The notes: generated by a model from the sequence alone, not told the origin. A DNA stretch of 64,000 bases from Heteronotia binoei (GCF_032191835.1 NC_083232.1:52824001-52888000); one strand, 5' to 3'; counted from the first letter of the stretch, positions 12,521 to 26,210 are shown. Program-made: numbers and translations.

Positions 12521-13689
12521 GTTGATTCTAAAACCTGAATTTCATGGAAAAGCCTCTTATCACCAGCCTTCCTTCTGCAACTACTGCTGTGGAAGCTATT
12601 AGCGTGACCTGCTACTATTTTTATGAAAAACTGTTCTTTGTGAGGATATAAGCTGTTAAACTATCTGATTTTACTGTAGGTCTATGTGGGAGTATTGAGT
12701 TCTGCTTGACACAATTCTTTTTACTGAAAACCCTCTGAGGAATTTCATCTTGGAATCTCTCCTCCTCCTCTCTTGAACTACTCAGTTTTTCATTCAAGTG
12801 CTGTTTATTCATCTGGATTATGTCTGTTGAAAATCTGCTTTATTGCTGCAGACTCTGGGATTCCAATCTTGGATCTATGCCTTTGTTTCCACATAGAACC
12901 TCTATCAGTGATTCTCTGGCTTTCCATAACTGCTTTGTCCTCTTCATAGTTCTCTGGAAATATTTATTTCTTCCTCTAAGATCAACTAACTGGTTGAGCA
13001 GCAGGACTGCAACTCATTATATGTGTGTTAAAATGGACAATGCGCACTGGTTTTGACAGATAACCCTGGATTAGTTTGAAATATACAGAAACTGTTTTGG
13101 CTAATGTCCACATCAACATCATCACACAGGAAACACCATGAAATATAAATATTAACAATGGTGTGGTTCAAGGACTCCTAAATCCATATTGTGTCAGGTG
13201 ATCTTCAGCTTTTGTAGGAAAGGTACAGTGTAATTCCATTGGGAATGTAAAGTGGCTTTCCATATTTTATTATTTTGCAGAAGAAAGTGATTGCATTCAA
13301 CATAAAATAGGCATGATAAATACAATTAAATTCCTCAGCATAGTATTATCAACTTTGTTACCCATGATGAGCCATCTACTATTTTCCTTTAATAAACCAT
13401 CAAATCAGATATTGTTAACCTGCTAGTATATTCACATAACTTGTTGTATGCAAGTTGAGACCAGGTACCATAATTTATCAGTCCCATCCATAGCCTCACC
13501 TTGTCTATACATGATTTTCTTGACACTATTTTCTTTAGTTTCCACAGTTGAGCTAGCATCAATCAAGCTGCCATTATAATATATAGTGAAATCACTCCAG
13601 ATTTCTTTGGGATAGTACCAACAGAAGAATAATGCAGGTAAAATTCAATCATATGTTCAAATGCTTTTGCTAATATTATGGCCACTATC

Positions 13690-13832
13690 TGTAAGGTTGG
13701 AAGGATGGAAGACTGAGTCAGCCTCGAGCCAGCTACATGAAAAACCAGCTACCACTGGGGATCGAACTCAGGTCATGAGCAGAGCTTAGGACTGCAGTAC
13801 TGCAGCTTTAACACTCTGGACCATGGGGCTCT
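13690..13832 (-). mobile_element. Sauria SINE, 5' (tRNA-related) half
   Basis: Reverse complement of agagccccatgg..aaagctgcagtactgcagtcctaagctctgctcatgacctgagttcgatccc. Confidence 0.85.
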
Positions 13833-14158
13833 GCCCTTAATCTCAAGGGAATAAATCTTTACAGAGCCACTATATTTTTTTAAACTAAGGAAATGGCCTC
13901 GATTTTACACTTAGTCTTGATTTTCTCAAGCAGAGCCAGCAACTGTAAACCAAAGAAGCTGGGCAATGCTTAACAATAAACATGACATAGAAAGAAAAGG
14001 CATACTTTCTCCTGTTCTTTCAACAACAAACAGAACCTTTCTTAAAACAACATGTTATGGTCTTCCAAGGAATGTGTGTTCTATGCCTTTCATTCCAGGT
14101 GATCAGTGGTGAGGCCCACCTGGCCTATGCAGCACCCAAAATAAATATTACATATTAC

Positions 14159-14324
14159 CAGGGCTTTTTTTTAATGGGGAAACACAATGGAACAGAGTTC
14201 CAGAACCTCTCCATGGAAATAATTTTTTTTTTAAATTAAAAGTTCACAAGGGGCACCCATTTGTTTCTCTTTCATTTTCCTCTTGAGAGTTCCGGCACCT
14301 CTTTTTCCAGAAAAAAAAGCCCTA
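14159..14324. mobile_element. hAT MITE (CAGGGCTTTTT family, second subtype)
   Basis: TSD catattac/catattat; reverse-complement relative of the 24105 copy. Confidence 0.85.
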
Positions 14325-15124
14325 CATATTATGTTAACATATTTGTAACCATGAAAGCAAAAGCTATGAAATCCAGAGAAAAAAATAGTTTTCAAAACAC
14401 TTCCAATCACATACATGCATATACAATGGACGGACGGACGGACAGACAGACAGATAGATAGTTTGTCAGACAAATCAGTGTAGGATGTTTTGCCTGGAAG
14501 TAGAAATATAGAAAATAGTAATATAGAATGTTGTTATAGAATAAAAAGGTGGGGATAAGCCATTTGACTAGAATTCAATTGGCATTAATACTCCATCATA
14601 CTAGAATAGCTATAAGTTAAATTTCCTCTTTTGTTCTGCCAAAGACAGGTAACCTGGGACTTTAAAACAAGGCATCATGAAAATTGAGTTGGTGTTACTG
14701 TTGCAGAGCAACTGTGCCATCCAGTGGCTGTATAGGTTAATTCATATGAACTGTTTGATCCACAGTGATGCCTTTCATGAAGAAAGATTCAGGTGTAAAG
14801 CTGTGTTGGTCTGAAACAACAGAACAAAGTTTGAATCCAGTGGCACATTTAAATCCAATAAAGTTTAATTCTGGGTATAAGCTTCTGTGCCATGCACACT
14901 TTATCAGAATATTTAATATTCAGAACTAAACTCTGTGGGTCTTAAAGGAGCCACTGAACTCAAACTTTGTTGTATTGATCCATAGTAATAATTTAGAAAT
15001 TTAGGAACAATTGAGAAAGAATGTGCTTGTCACAGCTGTAGGCTGCTCTTTTTTCAATGAGCTCAAAACAATATATTCTTATCCTTATAGGATAAATTTA
15101 AACTGGGTGATATTTACTTTCTCA

Positions 15125-15431
15125 GGAAAGGAAAGGAAAGGTCCCCTGTGCAAGCACCAATAGTTCCCAACTCGGGGGTGATGTTGCTTTCACAATTTCA
15201 CAGCAGACTTTTTACAGGGTGGTTTGCCATTGCCTTCCCCAGTCTTTTACACTCCCCCCCCCCCAGCAAGCTGGGTACTCATTTTACCGACCTTGGAAGG
15301 ATGGAAGGCTGAGTCAATCTTGGGCAGGCTACCTGAACCAGCTTTCGCTGGGATAGAACTCAGGTCGTGAGCAGAGAGTTCAGATCACAGTACTGCAGTA
15401 CTGCTGCTTTACCACTCTGCGCCATGGGGCC
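15125..15431 (-). mobile_element. Sauria SINE, full length
   Basis: tRNA-related head, ggggaaggcaatggcaaaccacc core and (cttt)n tail. Confidence 0.92.
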
Positions 15432-18400
15432 TTACTTTCTCAACCTACTGTTTTATGTCATTTTGGTTAGTCATAATTAAAAGGCATTATGTAGCTTTTG
15501 GTTTGGGATTTTGCTTTGGATGAACGTGGGCACCTGTACCAGTGAATTTCATGGATGGGCAGAATACTCCTGACTTTTTCCTACATATTTTACCACATAC
15601 TGCTCAGGCACCTATGAGGCCAGCTGAAAGAGACACTGATATTTCTAAAAATAAAAGTCTCTTAATACATAAGAATGTAAAAAGAGTTACTGGATCAGAC
15701 CACAACATGTACTTCAGCATCCTATTTCAAACAGCGTACAACCAGTTGTCCTGGGAGACCAACAAGCAAGTTACAGAGTCTACTCAATATTACCTGCTAG
15801 CACTTGAATTCAGAGGTTGCTGCCTCTGACTATGGCATTTCTAGGGTTCCCGATTTTCCACTGCCACTCCTGCAGCAGGCAGGAGAAAAAATAATGTTAA
15901 AAAATAGCCATTGACAATAGAGTCTGTCCACTCTAGGAACCACCAGAAACTCAGTGGTTTTACTGTTTACTGCCTAAACTCAGGTGTTTACTGTTTACCG
16001 CCTAAACGCAGTGGTTTTGTTGCTTACGGCCTATGTCTGTAAGATTGTTTACTGTGCTGCTCCTGCTTTGTAATGTCTGTTTTTATGATATTATTTTAAC
16101 TCTGTGGTTTTATTGTTGTAAGCCGCCCTGATCCCATTTGCGGGATAGGGCGGGATATAAATCTAAAAGTTAAATTAAATAGAGATTCCAGTGATTTCTA
16201 TACATGTATGACATTCCTTCCAGGTTTTCCTGGAAGTGATGTAGGGTTGTCAAGTTGACTTACCTGGCTAGCAAGGAGACCAGAAATGATATTGGTCATT
16301 TTTGGACCTACTTTTGGTTTCAGGCCTACTTGCAGTTGGGGGTGACACTCTGGCTTTCTATGATAAATTCAGCTTCAAACCATAGAGTTTTGCCCAAAAA
16401 CTAGAGTGTTACTCCTCCCAACCAGAAATAAGCCTGAAACTGAAAGTAAGCCCAAAAAGGTCAGTCAAAAAGGCAGGGGTAGGGTTGACAAGTCTTACCT
16501 GGCTTTGGGTGGGGATTGGAAGTGATGTTACTGTGCTGGGCACATCACACATATAATGCTCCAGCAATCGGGTAAAAACTCTATGGCACCGGAGAGTTTT
16601 TTACCTGATTGCTAGAGCATCTCATGCCCAGCATGATAACATCACTTCCAGGTGATGTCATCACACCAGGCCTGTTGCAATGCACTGGAGCTCTTTGGGG
16701 ACAGGGTTCCTCCACTAGCCCATTATGGGGTGGGAGGTTGGAGGTCCCAAAATCAGGGGAACCCCTGTTCTTGGGGGGAACTTGGGAAGCCTAGTTGGGG
16801 ATGAAAACAGGGGCTCCCCTGCTTCCACTGAAGGGGAACCCCTGAATAATTAATGAATACCCCTATAATAACAAATGAAAATATGTTTTTGCCTTCAAAA
16901 GCAAAAAGGGTGTCTGATGCAATGTGTTAGAAGCAGACAGCCTTCAATCGGTGTGGATTTACAGATGTGTATTGGATAATAGAGAGGCCTCTTGGAGAAG
17001 CTTCTTGCTGAAGCTGATAACGCAGGGGGACAGAGGAATGGAAAAATACTGGAAGGAAAGCAAGGGGGTGGGGGAATGTTGAATCAGATAATTTGTAAGG
17101 GCCTGCCTGCTAGGCTTGCTTTGTGCTTAAAAAGACAGTCTGAAGATCGGGGAGGGGGGTTCAGTATTTTTGGAGCACTGATGCTCAACTGAACCCTGCT
17201 AACGGTACCAGTAGTAAAATACTTCGTTTCATACCAGTAAGTGTGTGGCTCCGTTATTTTCCTGCTACACCACCAGGGTGCTGGCTGTCAAGCTCTGTAA
17301 CTTTATCATACTGAAATTATAGAATACTAACCAAATGGACTCTCCATACTAACCCACAGCCTTTTGTTATACTGTAGCTAGCATGCATATCAAAGGGGAG
17401 ATGTTTGAAGTGCTAACTTTGTTTAGGTTGTAAAAGGAGCAAAGGAATGTGACCGTTAATAGATACCACCGCTGGCCAGCATCTTCCTAGAGGCAAAGAG
17501 ATAAGCAGAAGCTCTCGTGTGAAAGTTTGCACCTTCACTCCCTGTTGTTTTGAGAATAGTGTCTTTGTTTAGATATTGCTTTGATGTAGATTCCATAAGA
17601 CTAAGAGACACCCATTCCCAGGTATTAATCTCAACTTTTGTTTCCAGCTATGAGTTTCCAATAAAGTATTACATTGTCTCAATGAATACAGCCTTGAGTC
17701 TCCATCGCCTGACACTGGCAACTCTAAAGTTATGTCACACCATCTCTAACCTCATTGCACCCTGGACTGCTGTAAGTTTCCAAGTCATGCCTGGCAATTC
17801 TAAGTTCCCTTTAACTACCATGGCTTGTTGCCTTTGTTGGATCTGTCTAATACCCTTTTTAAGTCATCTATGCTCTTGGCCACCACTGTGTCCACTTGTA
17901 GTGAAGTCTACAATTTATTCATTCACTGAATAAAGAAATATATTTTATTAGTCTCAACAAAAATCTCACAGAACCACATGCAGTCTTTGGTATCCTCAGC
18001 AGACTGAACTTTCAATATGAAAACCCAAAACATGGGGTGAGAAAATTAAGAGGCCATGGTGGATAAAAATCCCAAATCTGCATTTGTAGTGTTAAAATGG
18101 AATACAAGAAATGTCTGAGGTCAAACTTCATTGGACAGTTTTGGATTCCAAGTAGGTTTTCAAGTGGCATGAAAGATAGTCCAGGGCATCGCTGATACTA
18201 AAACAGAGCTTCAGATCCCATGTTTAGCAGAAAGCAAAAGAAAAGGTGGTCAACATTATATTAGCAGCACTATACTCATTAATGTGTTGAACTAGATTTT
18301 TTTAAATTAACTGTGTTATAGTCCACTTTTTCACTGTGACTCTAAACAGATTACAAAGTTAGGAAAACAATACAAGTCATACCTAAATAGTGCAGTAACT

Positions 18401-18605
18401 AGATAACATTTAAAAAACAACAACAACCCTGCAGTACAAAATTGAGCCATTTTTGAAGCCTCAGACCTTCAGAATGGAGCCTCACTGTGCAGACTTCTTT
18501 ATGCTTAAAGGTTTGAGGTAGCAATCGCTCTCTGCCATGTCTTCTGATAAAACTGTGTTTTCACTCCATATTTTCACTTTAAATTTTAACTTTTAGACAC
18601 TAATG

Positions 18606-19851
18606 TAGGGGTGTCAAATGTCTGGCTCATGGGCCAGAACCCAGCCTGCCCAGGCCCACCAGGCTCTTTTCTCCCCCTCCCCATCCTGTCCTTACCCTTT
18701 GTAACTGCAAGGCTGCTGAAATTCCCCATTCTTCCTGCCTCGTCTGACTGCAGCAGGAAAAAAAACTGCAAATAAAATATGGAGTGGATTTTCCATTAAG
18801 GTATCTATGCCCAGATAGATAGGGCCGAGAGACTTTAAAGGAAAATCCATCCCATGTTTTCCTTGCAACTTTGTCTATGTTGTTTCAGTGTTCCTATAGC
18901 TGGTTGAAGCTCATGCTTCCTGGAATTCCGTCCTTGCAAATAAAGGGTTGATGCTTTGAACCAGCTTGTTTCTGCTCAGTGGACCTGAGAACTGGTGCCT
19001 AGTGAGTAATATAATAATAATAATAATAGATTTTATTTATATCCCGCCCTCCCCGCCTAGGCGACTCAGGGCAGCTAACAACATTCCATACATTAACATA
19101 AATAGGTAAAACTTTAAATTTAACAATTAAAAAATTTAAACATATAAAAACCAGTTAATTGAGTTAAAATACATAATTTAAGTTACATTAAATGTATCTG
19201 GCAGCAATAAAACTGTTCTGGCGCTGGTTCTGCCAGTTTAGATAGTTCCATGGTAATATTATAGATGGCGGTTCTTTTATTCCTAGCAACTCAGCAGTCG
19301 ATATCAGTATAGGCTTGTCTGAAAAGGGTGGTCTTGCAGGCCCTGCGAAACTGGTCGAGGTTCCGCAGGGCCTGCACTTCCTCCGGAAGCTGGTTCCACA
19401 GTGCAGGAGCCGCGGCTGAAAAGGCCCGTGCTCTGGTGTTTTGGAGTAGTCTACCTTAGGAACCCATAGTCAAAGGCGGGTATTACACTGGAGAGCCATT
19501 ACCAATCTAAGTAGATGCGGGATGGGGGGAACGACTTGCAATGCCATTTTTCCCCAGGCTCAGAGTATTTTATATTTTTAGTTTCTGCTGTGATCCTTGT
19601 GCTTTTTCTTGATGTTTATTTTTAAAATTGCATTACCAAATCCTACTATTCCCCCACCTTTCCATTAAAAAAATTGCAAGAGTTTTAAGCATGTTTGTAT
19701 TTTAAGTTAAAATGTATCTTTAATTGTGCTTGTCTGTGTCCTTTATAAAGTTTATATCTCTGCTATCTCACATTACATTTTATGACCCAATCCCACAATG
19801 TCCCATTTGTGTCATAACCGTCCCTCCTAACAAATGAGTTTTACACCCCTG
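18606..19851. mobile_element. Non-autonomous hAT element (CAGGGGTGTCAAAC-type ends) with nested L2 and unexplained interior; right-end relative at 10480-10668
   Basis: Ends taggggtgtcaaa/ttttacacccctg; TSD cactaatg/ctctaatg. Confidence 0.75.
19010..19445 (-). mobile_element. L2 3' end with (aat)n tail, nested in a hAT element
   Basis: ttatatcccgccctccccgcc..gctcagggcagctaaca terminus, shared with 33250. Confidence 0.85.
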
Positions 19852-22800
19852 CTCTAATGTGATAAGAAACTGATAAGAAATAGTTTTTGGAAGCCCGTTC
19901 TTCCCCATTTTAAGCAGTTAAAAAACCCCTCTCACTTGGTTTATCTGGCTGTTTTAGTTGTAATCTTTGTTTGGCTGCCTCTCATATGTTTTCTCCAGAC
20001 AATGAAAGCAGATAATTTGTGACAGCTGCAAGACATCTTACAGGCTTTCTTTTTGGTATATCTTCTCAGAGTTTTTGAACATAAGCCCTAGCAGCCTACA
20101 ACTTTATAGTTATTGTTATTAGTTACCAACTATGGGAAAGGAAAAGAGTACAAGGACCCATTTAGATGTATGTTCTCCAACTAACGCTGCTAAGCAGCAT
20201 TGTATTGATGACTTTCTTGTAATGAAAGAAACAGTAACTTGATTCCGTGATTCTTCATCTCTCATTGGATGTAAAGTTGTGGAGCATGAGTCCATGTCTG
20301 TCCTGTAAGGTTATTCTTTGGATATGGAAGAAGTTTCCAGGGGAATAAACCCACTGATAATTGCCAGCCTCTCCCTAATTTGGATGGGAATGCTCTTGTC
20401 AGGATTTTTTATTAAAATTCAGAGGTGACCATTGCCTTCTTACTAGGGAAAGTGTTGTGACTGTTTATCAGCAGCTTAACAATATTTCAAGTGAACGTGA
20501 CAAGATCACCAGTAATTTCACAACCCTTCGAAAGAGCATTGCAATTTCTCTCCCCACTCTACAACTGGAACTGGGTGCATAAATAACCCAGGTGACAACT
20601 TTAACTCCTTGGCTAAATGGGCAAGTAATGGACAAATTGTTTTTTTCTGGGTTGAGAAAGAATGGATGGAGAAAGCCGTTAGAAGGATCAATGCATAGGT
20701 TGCAGAGTAATCAAATCACCTTGTTTGTTATCTCCACTCAGCTGAATAAAGGACAATGGGTTAACCAAATAATTATTCTTTACTCACTGAGTCAAATGCT
20801 ACAGGCGTATGTTGACTTTCTTGACCTTGTACAAACTACCACCTGTAAGACTCAGGTCTTTTGGTCTTCAGTTGCCCTACAGTTCCTTCAATGTTGTCCA
20901 AAATATGTAAATTTATTTCCTCGTTAGAATTTTTTTCCTAAGCGGGTTTTCCTTGAGGAACCAGCTCAGCAACTGATAACTCAGTAAGAGGAGGTCTTTT
21001 TTCAGAGCCTACAGGTACAATGTGCAGTCATCCCTCATCCACATCATACACTGTTGACAAGATAGTTGCTAATTCAGTGATTTCCTGGGCACAACAAACT
21101 CCCAAGCCAATTTAGTAAAACCACAAACAGTTAACTCTTTGGGGACCTGCTATCAGGAGGAACAGTAAAAGATCTCTTCAACTCGGGGAAATTTAAAGAT
21201 CTTTGCAGAATCTACGATCTTGTGCTGGATCTCTTAATCTCTTCCTTCTAAAGTTGGGAGCAGGTAGGACTCAAACATTACCATCCTCTACAGGCACTGA
21301 CAGCAGACGTTCTACAAATACTCTTGAAAACAGCAATAAAACAGACTCTTCATCAAGAACTTACTGATCTGAAGTAAGTGGGCAGCCGTGTTGGTCTGAA
21401 GCAATATTACAAAGTTTGAGTCTAGTGGCAGCTGCAAGATCAACAAGTATCTTTCCTCAACCAAATGTGTTGCCCCCAAAAGTAATGCCCCCTGCCCAAA
21501 GGGAGACATCAAATTGCAAGACTCCTATGCACACCTCTGAACTTCCTTTTGTCAGTTATGGAGTCTTTGTTACTTAATAACATAGAAGGTGATATGGCTC
21601 TTAATTCTCTGCTTAATCATCTACTTTTAGTCCTGTAAGTGATAACTGTCTGTCCCTTTTTACAGATGATTTGGTAGCTTGTCCAGACCTCCTGAGGCCA
21701 GAATCCTATATAATTTTGTAATTTTTTTTCCAGTAGGAGAATAGTAGTTAGCCTGTAATATATATACCTGCAATACATAAACAATTCAATATGTATAGTA
21801 ATAAGGGGATTCAAATACATCTTGAGTTGTATAGGAAATATTATTTAATGGTTTTAATAATATGTCATGAAAAGGTTTATTCATGGCCCCCAGCATGTAC
21901 AGATATTCACAGAAGCATATTTACTCTGTCCAAACCATCACCAGATTATCTACTCATACAAATAGACTGTAGATGTTACTAGTAATGCTTGTCTGCCTTT
22001 ATTGAGATGATTTCATCTGTAGAGTAGGGTGTGAAGTAAAGATCATGTCTTGCTGTATCATATCATATGAAGCAGCTTTTCTAGTTACTAGAAAAGTACG
22101 GTGGTCTACTTCATGGGTCATAAAATAAATAGCAATAGGTGTACATTTGCTTACCTGGAGCAATTTGCAAATATATTGAGACCTAGTGACCTCAAATGCC
22201 TATATTCAGGACTTTCAGAATCCAGTCAAGCAGCTAGTTTTCATTTGCCAGAAGTCCACTATGTCCAACAGGGGTTATGTTGGCAAGAGAGAGCCAGAAT
22301 GGCATAGTGGTCAGAGTAATGAATTCTAATCCAGAGAATGCCACATGAAGCCTGCTGGGTGACTCTTGGCAAGTCACAGTTGTATCAGAACTCTCTCAGC
22401 CCCACGTACTTCACAAGGTGCTGTTGTGGGCACAAACAGTACAAATGAACAGATGATGTTGCTTTCTACAGATACAACCCATTGGTTTATCAAGGTCAGT
22501 ATTGACTACTCTGTCTAGCAATAGCTCTCTCAGGTCTCAGGAAGAGGTATTTCATGAATCCTGTTACCTGACCCTTTTTAACTGAGGGTGCCAGAGACTG
22601 CATCTGGGACAATCTACATGCTCCTCCCAAAATTATGTATAGGATTGCCCTGGTAATATCCCAAATGAGGCTGCATGAGAGAGCTTTATTAAAACATTAC
22701 AGTAGGGATGAACTTATTTTCAGACCTTTTCCCAATAACCCCTATCATGAATTGGGGTATTTTTGTTTTATTTTGTTTTTTGGAGTGATTTTTTTTAATT

Positions 22801-24104
22801 GAGCCCCAGCCTAGTCTTTCCTAGTCTTGCACCACCAATTCAGCCAGCAGGAGACAAGGAAATTTTAAAACAGCTGCCTGAATATAATTTAAATGCCCTT
22901 GCCTGTGTCTTGAGGCAAAGAGATGAACAGCCACAACTTGAAATAGTTATGCTGTACAGTAACCATGGGTTATTACACTTATGAAAAATAACATGGCCAT
23001 GTGTTCAGCCTCCTGTGCTGCTCACCAGTTTTAAAGGGCCAAAAGATGGGATGGAACAGCCATTCATATGTTTGCCTTATTCATGATTTAAGTACATTTT
23101 TAATCCCACTCTTCGTCCAAGGAGTTTAGGGTGATGTACATATTCTCCACCCTCCATTTCATTCTTACAATAACTCTGTGTGGTAAGTTAGGTTAAGACA
23201 GAGAGTGACTTGTCCAAAGAAACACAGCAAAGCTTGATGGCAGAGAGGTGATATGATCCTGGATATGGTGTGTAATATTTTTACATGAAAAGCAGGATGT
23301 GTCCAGGGGGCACAGTGCTCCTTTGTCACTGTGCTCCTTTGCCTTAAGCATTTTGGTACCATTGCCTATTTACTCTATTCATTCAGTGTGAAGAGATCCT
23401 TTCGATACTCTTCACATTCCCTGTCTTGAATATTGGTCATTGGTAAATGTAGCCATCTTACTGCTCCCTCTGTTCCAGATCATTTATGTACGAATAGATT
23501 AACACAATTGGTTTTTTTTCCCTTAACAAGTTGCTATTTGAACTGAGAAAGAAAGAACACAATACATTTTCAAACATTTTGGTATTTGAAGAACAATTTA
23601 TAACATTGGTCACAATATCAACTGTTACTTTTAAGGGGGGGGGGGGAGTAAAAGCTTTGTTTTATTCACCTAAATCCACAACTAATAATTTTGGTCACAG
23701 AAACAGTGTTATTGAAATAAAATAAAAAACAGAGTCCATCATTTTTATTTCTCACAAAGTTTTCAGAAATATTTTGCAAATGTTGATCTCTTTACTTCCC
23801 TATCACTGTTTGACAGTATCAGTATGTTACCTTTAAAACAGAAAGCAAGTGGCAGGGGGGACTACAGCGGACAAACCATTCTACACAGTTTATGATGTTT
23901 ACATTCAGAATGTAATGTACACATCATTGTCTTTTTAAAGGCTGATATGATGAGGACATCATAGTAATTTTTCCTGAACCTTTGGTTTGTTTTATTTTTA
24001 TATTGCTTTATAGATGATACAAGGTGTAAACTAGTCAAAATGAGTCATATGTGACATTTCACCTAGTTGTTAATCCAAAGTTGTGCATAACATATATTCA
24101 TATC

Positions 24105-24272
24105 CAGGGCTTTTTTCCTGGAAAAAGAGGTGCTGGAACTCTCAAGAGGGAAATGAAGGCGAAACACACAGGTGCCTCTCATGAACTTTTAAACACTTTT
24201 CAGGAATTTTGTTTCTACAAAGAAGTTCTGTAACTCTGTTCCACCACTTTCCCCCAGAAAAAAAAAGCCCTG
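24105..24272. mobile_element. hAT MITE (CAGGGCTTTTT family, second subtype)
   Basis: Perfect 8-bp TSD ttcatatc. Confidence 0.9.
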
Positions 24273-24304
24273 TTCATATCTGTATTGGCACAAATAGCAA
24301 CTTG

Positions 24305-24510
24305 AATAGCCCAGTCTAACCCAAGCTCATCTAAGCTTAGAAGTTTAACAGGGTTGGCTGTGGTTAGTACATGATTGAGAGACCACCAAGGAAGACCAGG
24401 GTTGCTACAGAGAGGAAAGCAATGGCAAATCACTCCTGCTTGACTCTTGTCATGAGGCATCGCTATGATTGTTGTAACTTGATGGCACTTAAAATAATTA
24501 TTATTATTAC
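24305..24510 (+). mobile_element. 5S rRNA-derived SINE (5S-Sauria-like), degenerate
   Basis: Head aligns to 5S rRNA (gaagtttaacagggttgg..tggttagtac..gagaccacc..gaa vs gaagctaagcagggtcgggcctggttagtacttggatgggagaccgcc), followed by a BovB/Sauria-type 'gcaatggcaaa.cac' 3' part and (tta)n tail. Confidence 0.7.
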
Positions 24511-24620
24511 TGTCAAAAATAATACTGTCTGCTGTAGTGTGGGTGAGCTGCAATCCCATTCAAATACATGAACAGTAGGAAAACTGAATTGTAAAAGACT
24601 CTGTAGTGGTTAAATGTAAT

Positions 24621-25143
24621 TATGGTTTTTTGGGTAGAAAAAGCCCAGCAGGGATCTCATTTGCATATTAGGCCACACCCCCTGACATCACCATTATTTT
24701 GTGCAGGGCTTTTTGTAGAAAAAAAGAGCCCCGTGATGCAGAGTGTTAAAGCTGCAGTACTGCAGTCCTAAGCTCTGCTCACGACCTGAGTTCGATCCCC
24801 AGTGGAAGCTGGGTTTTCAGGTAGCCAGCTCGAGGTTGACTCAGTCTTCCACCCTTCTGAGGTCGGTAAACTGAGTACTCAGCTTGCTGGGGGGAAAGCA
24901 TAGATGACTGGGGAAGGCAATGGCAAACCACCCCGTAAAAAGTCTGCCGTGAAATCATTGTGAAAGCAATGTCACCCCAGAGTCAGAAACGACTGACGCT
25001 TGCACAGGGGACCCTTCCTTTCCTTTTGTAGAAAAAGCCTAGCAGGAACTCATTTGCAGATTAAGCCATACCCCCCCTCGCCCCTGACACCAAGCTAGCC
25101 GGAACTGCATTCCTGTGCGTTCCTGCTTCCCAAAAAAGCCCTG
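24621..25143. mobile_element. hAT MITE interrupted by a Sauria SINE
   Basis: TSD aatgtaat/aatgcaat; halves rejoin into the 28227-type element. Confidence 0.85.
24726..25022 (+). mobile_element. Sauria SINE, full length, nested in a hAT MITE
   Basis: Full consensus match, flanked by a duplicated ttttgtagaaaaa. Confidence 0.92.
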
Positions 25144-25149
25144 AATGCA

Positions 25150-25770
25150 ATAATGGGACAATAATCAGGTGGTGAATGAAAGTGGTGTAAAAACTGATGG
25201 AAGGAACACTAACAATTTGAGATACTGATGAAGGTGAAAGCAGAAAGTGCCAAAGCAAGATTACAGCTGAACAGCAAGAAGACAAAAATAATGACTACAG
25301 GGAATTACATTATTTTTAAATTTGATAATGAAGAAATGGGCATTGTTAAATATTCTCTGTTTGTTGACTCAATCATCAACCAAAAGGGAGACTCAATCCA
25401 AGAAATCAGAAGAAGACTGAGACTGGGAGGACAGCCATGAAGGAGCTAGAAGAGATCTTACGTGTAAGGATGTGTCACTGGCAACCATGATCAAGATAAT
25501 TCATACCATAGCATTCCCCATGACTATATATGGGTATGAAATGGAAAGAATGTTGATTCATTTGAAATGTGGTATTTATCTGTAGTGTATTGTTAGAGAA
25601 GAGTTTTATGGATACCGTGGACCTCCAAAAAGACAAATAAGTGGGTTCAAATCAAGCCTGACCTCCTTAGAAGCTAAAATGACTACACTGAGCCTATTGT
25701 ACTTTGATCACATTATGAGAAGAGAAGAGTCACCAGAAAAGACAATAAGGCTAGGAAAAACTGACGACTC
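25150..25770 (+). mobile_element. BovB-type RTE LINE fragment (degenerate)
   Basis: KVKAESAKARLQLNSKKTKIMTTG...SIINQKGD..QEIRRRLRLG, typical of BovB-family ORF. Confidence 0.85.
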
Positions 25771-25777
25771 AGTCAAG

Positions 25778-26210
25778 GAAATACCTGAAAGATAAGTTAA
25801 AAAACAAAAGCAGGGCCAAAAGCTAAAACAAAATATGAATTAATTGTACATAAAAATACATGTATTGATTCTAAAGACATGTCTTTGTAATAAATTAGGG
25901 TTGCCAGGTCTGTGATGGAAAATATCTGGAGACTTTGGAAGTGGATCTGGGAGAGGGTGGGGTTTGGGGAGGGGAGGGGCCTCAGCATGGTACAATGCCA
26001 TGGAGTCCACCCTTCAAAGCAGCTATTCGCTCCAGGGGAGTTGATCTTTGCCAACTGAAGATCAGTTGTAAAAGCAGGAGATCTCCATGCCCCATCTGGA
26101 GGCTGGCAACCCTATAAATAAATACATGTATTTTAATGTACAATTAGTTCATATTTTGTTTTAGCTTTTGGTTCTGCTTTTGCCTTCTAACTTACCTTTC
26201 AGGTTCTTGA
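25778..26210. repeat. AT-rich inverted repeat (about 90-bp arms) around a nested MITE
   Basis: acctgaaagataagttaaaaaacaaaagcagggccaaaagctaaaacaaaatatgaattaattgtacataaaaatacatgtatt is mirrored at about 26120-26210. Confidence 0.8.
25896..26114. mobile_element. hAT MITE (TAGGGTTGCC TIR family); related copies at about 5480-5620, 9800-10072, 11445-11712, 16240-16790, 50030-50160
   Basis: TIRs tagggttgcca/tggcaacccta; shared internal ccctccaaagc..ttttctccagg.gaactgatc. Confidence 0.88.
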
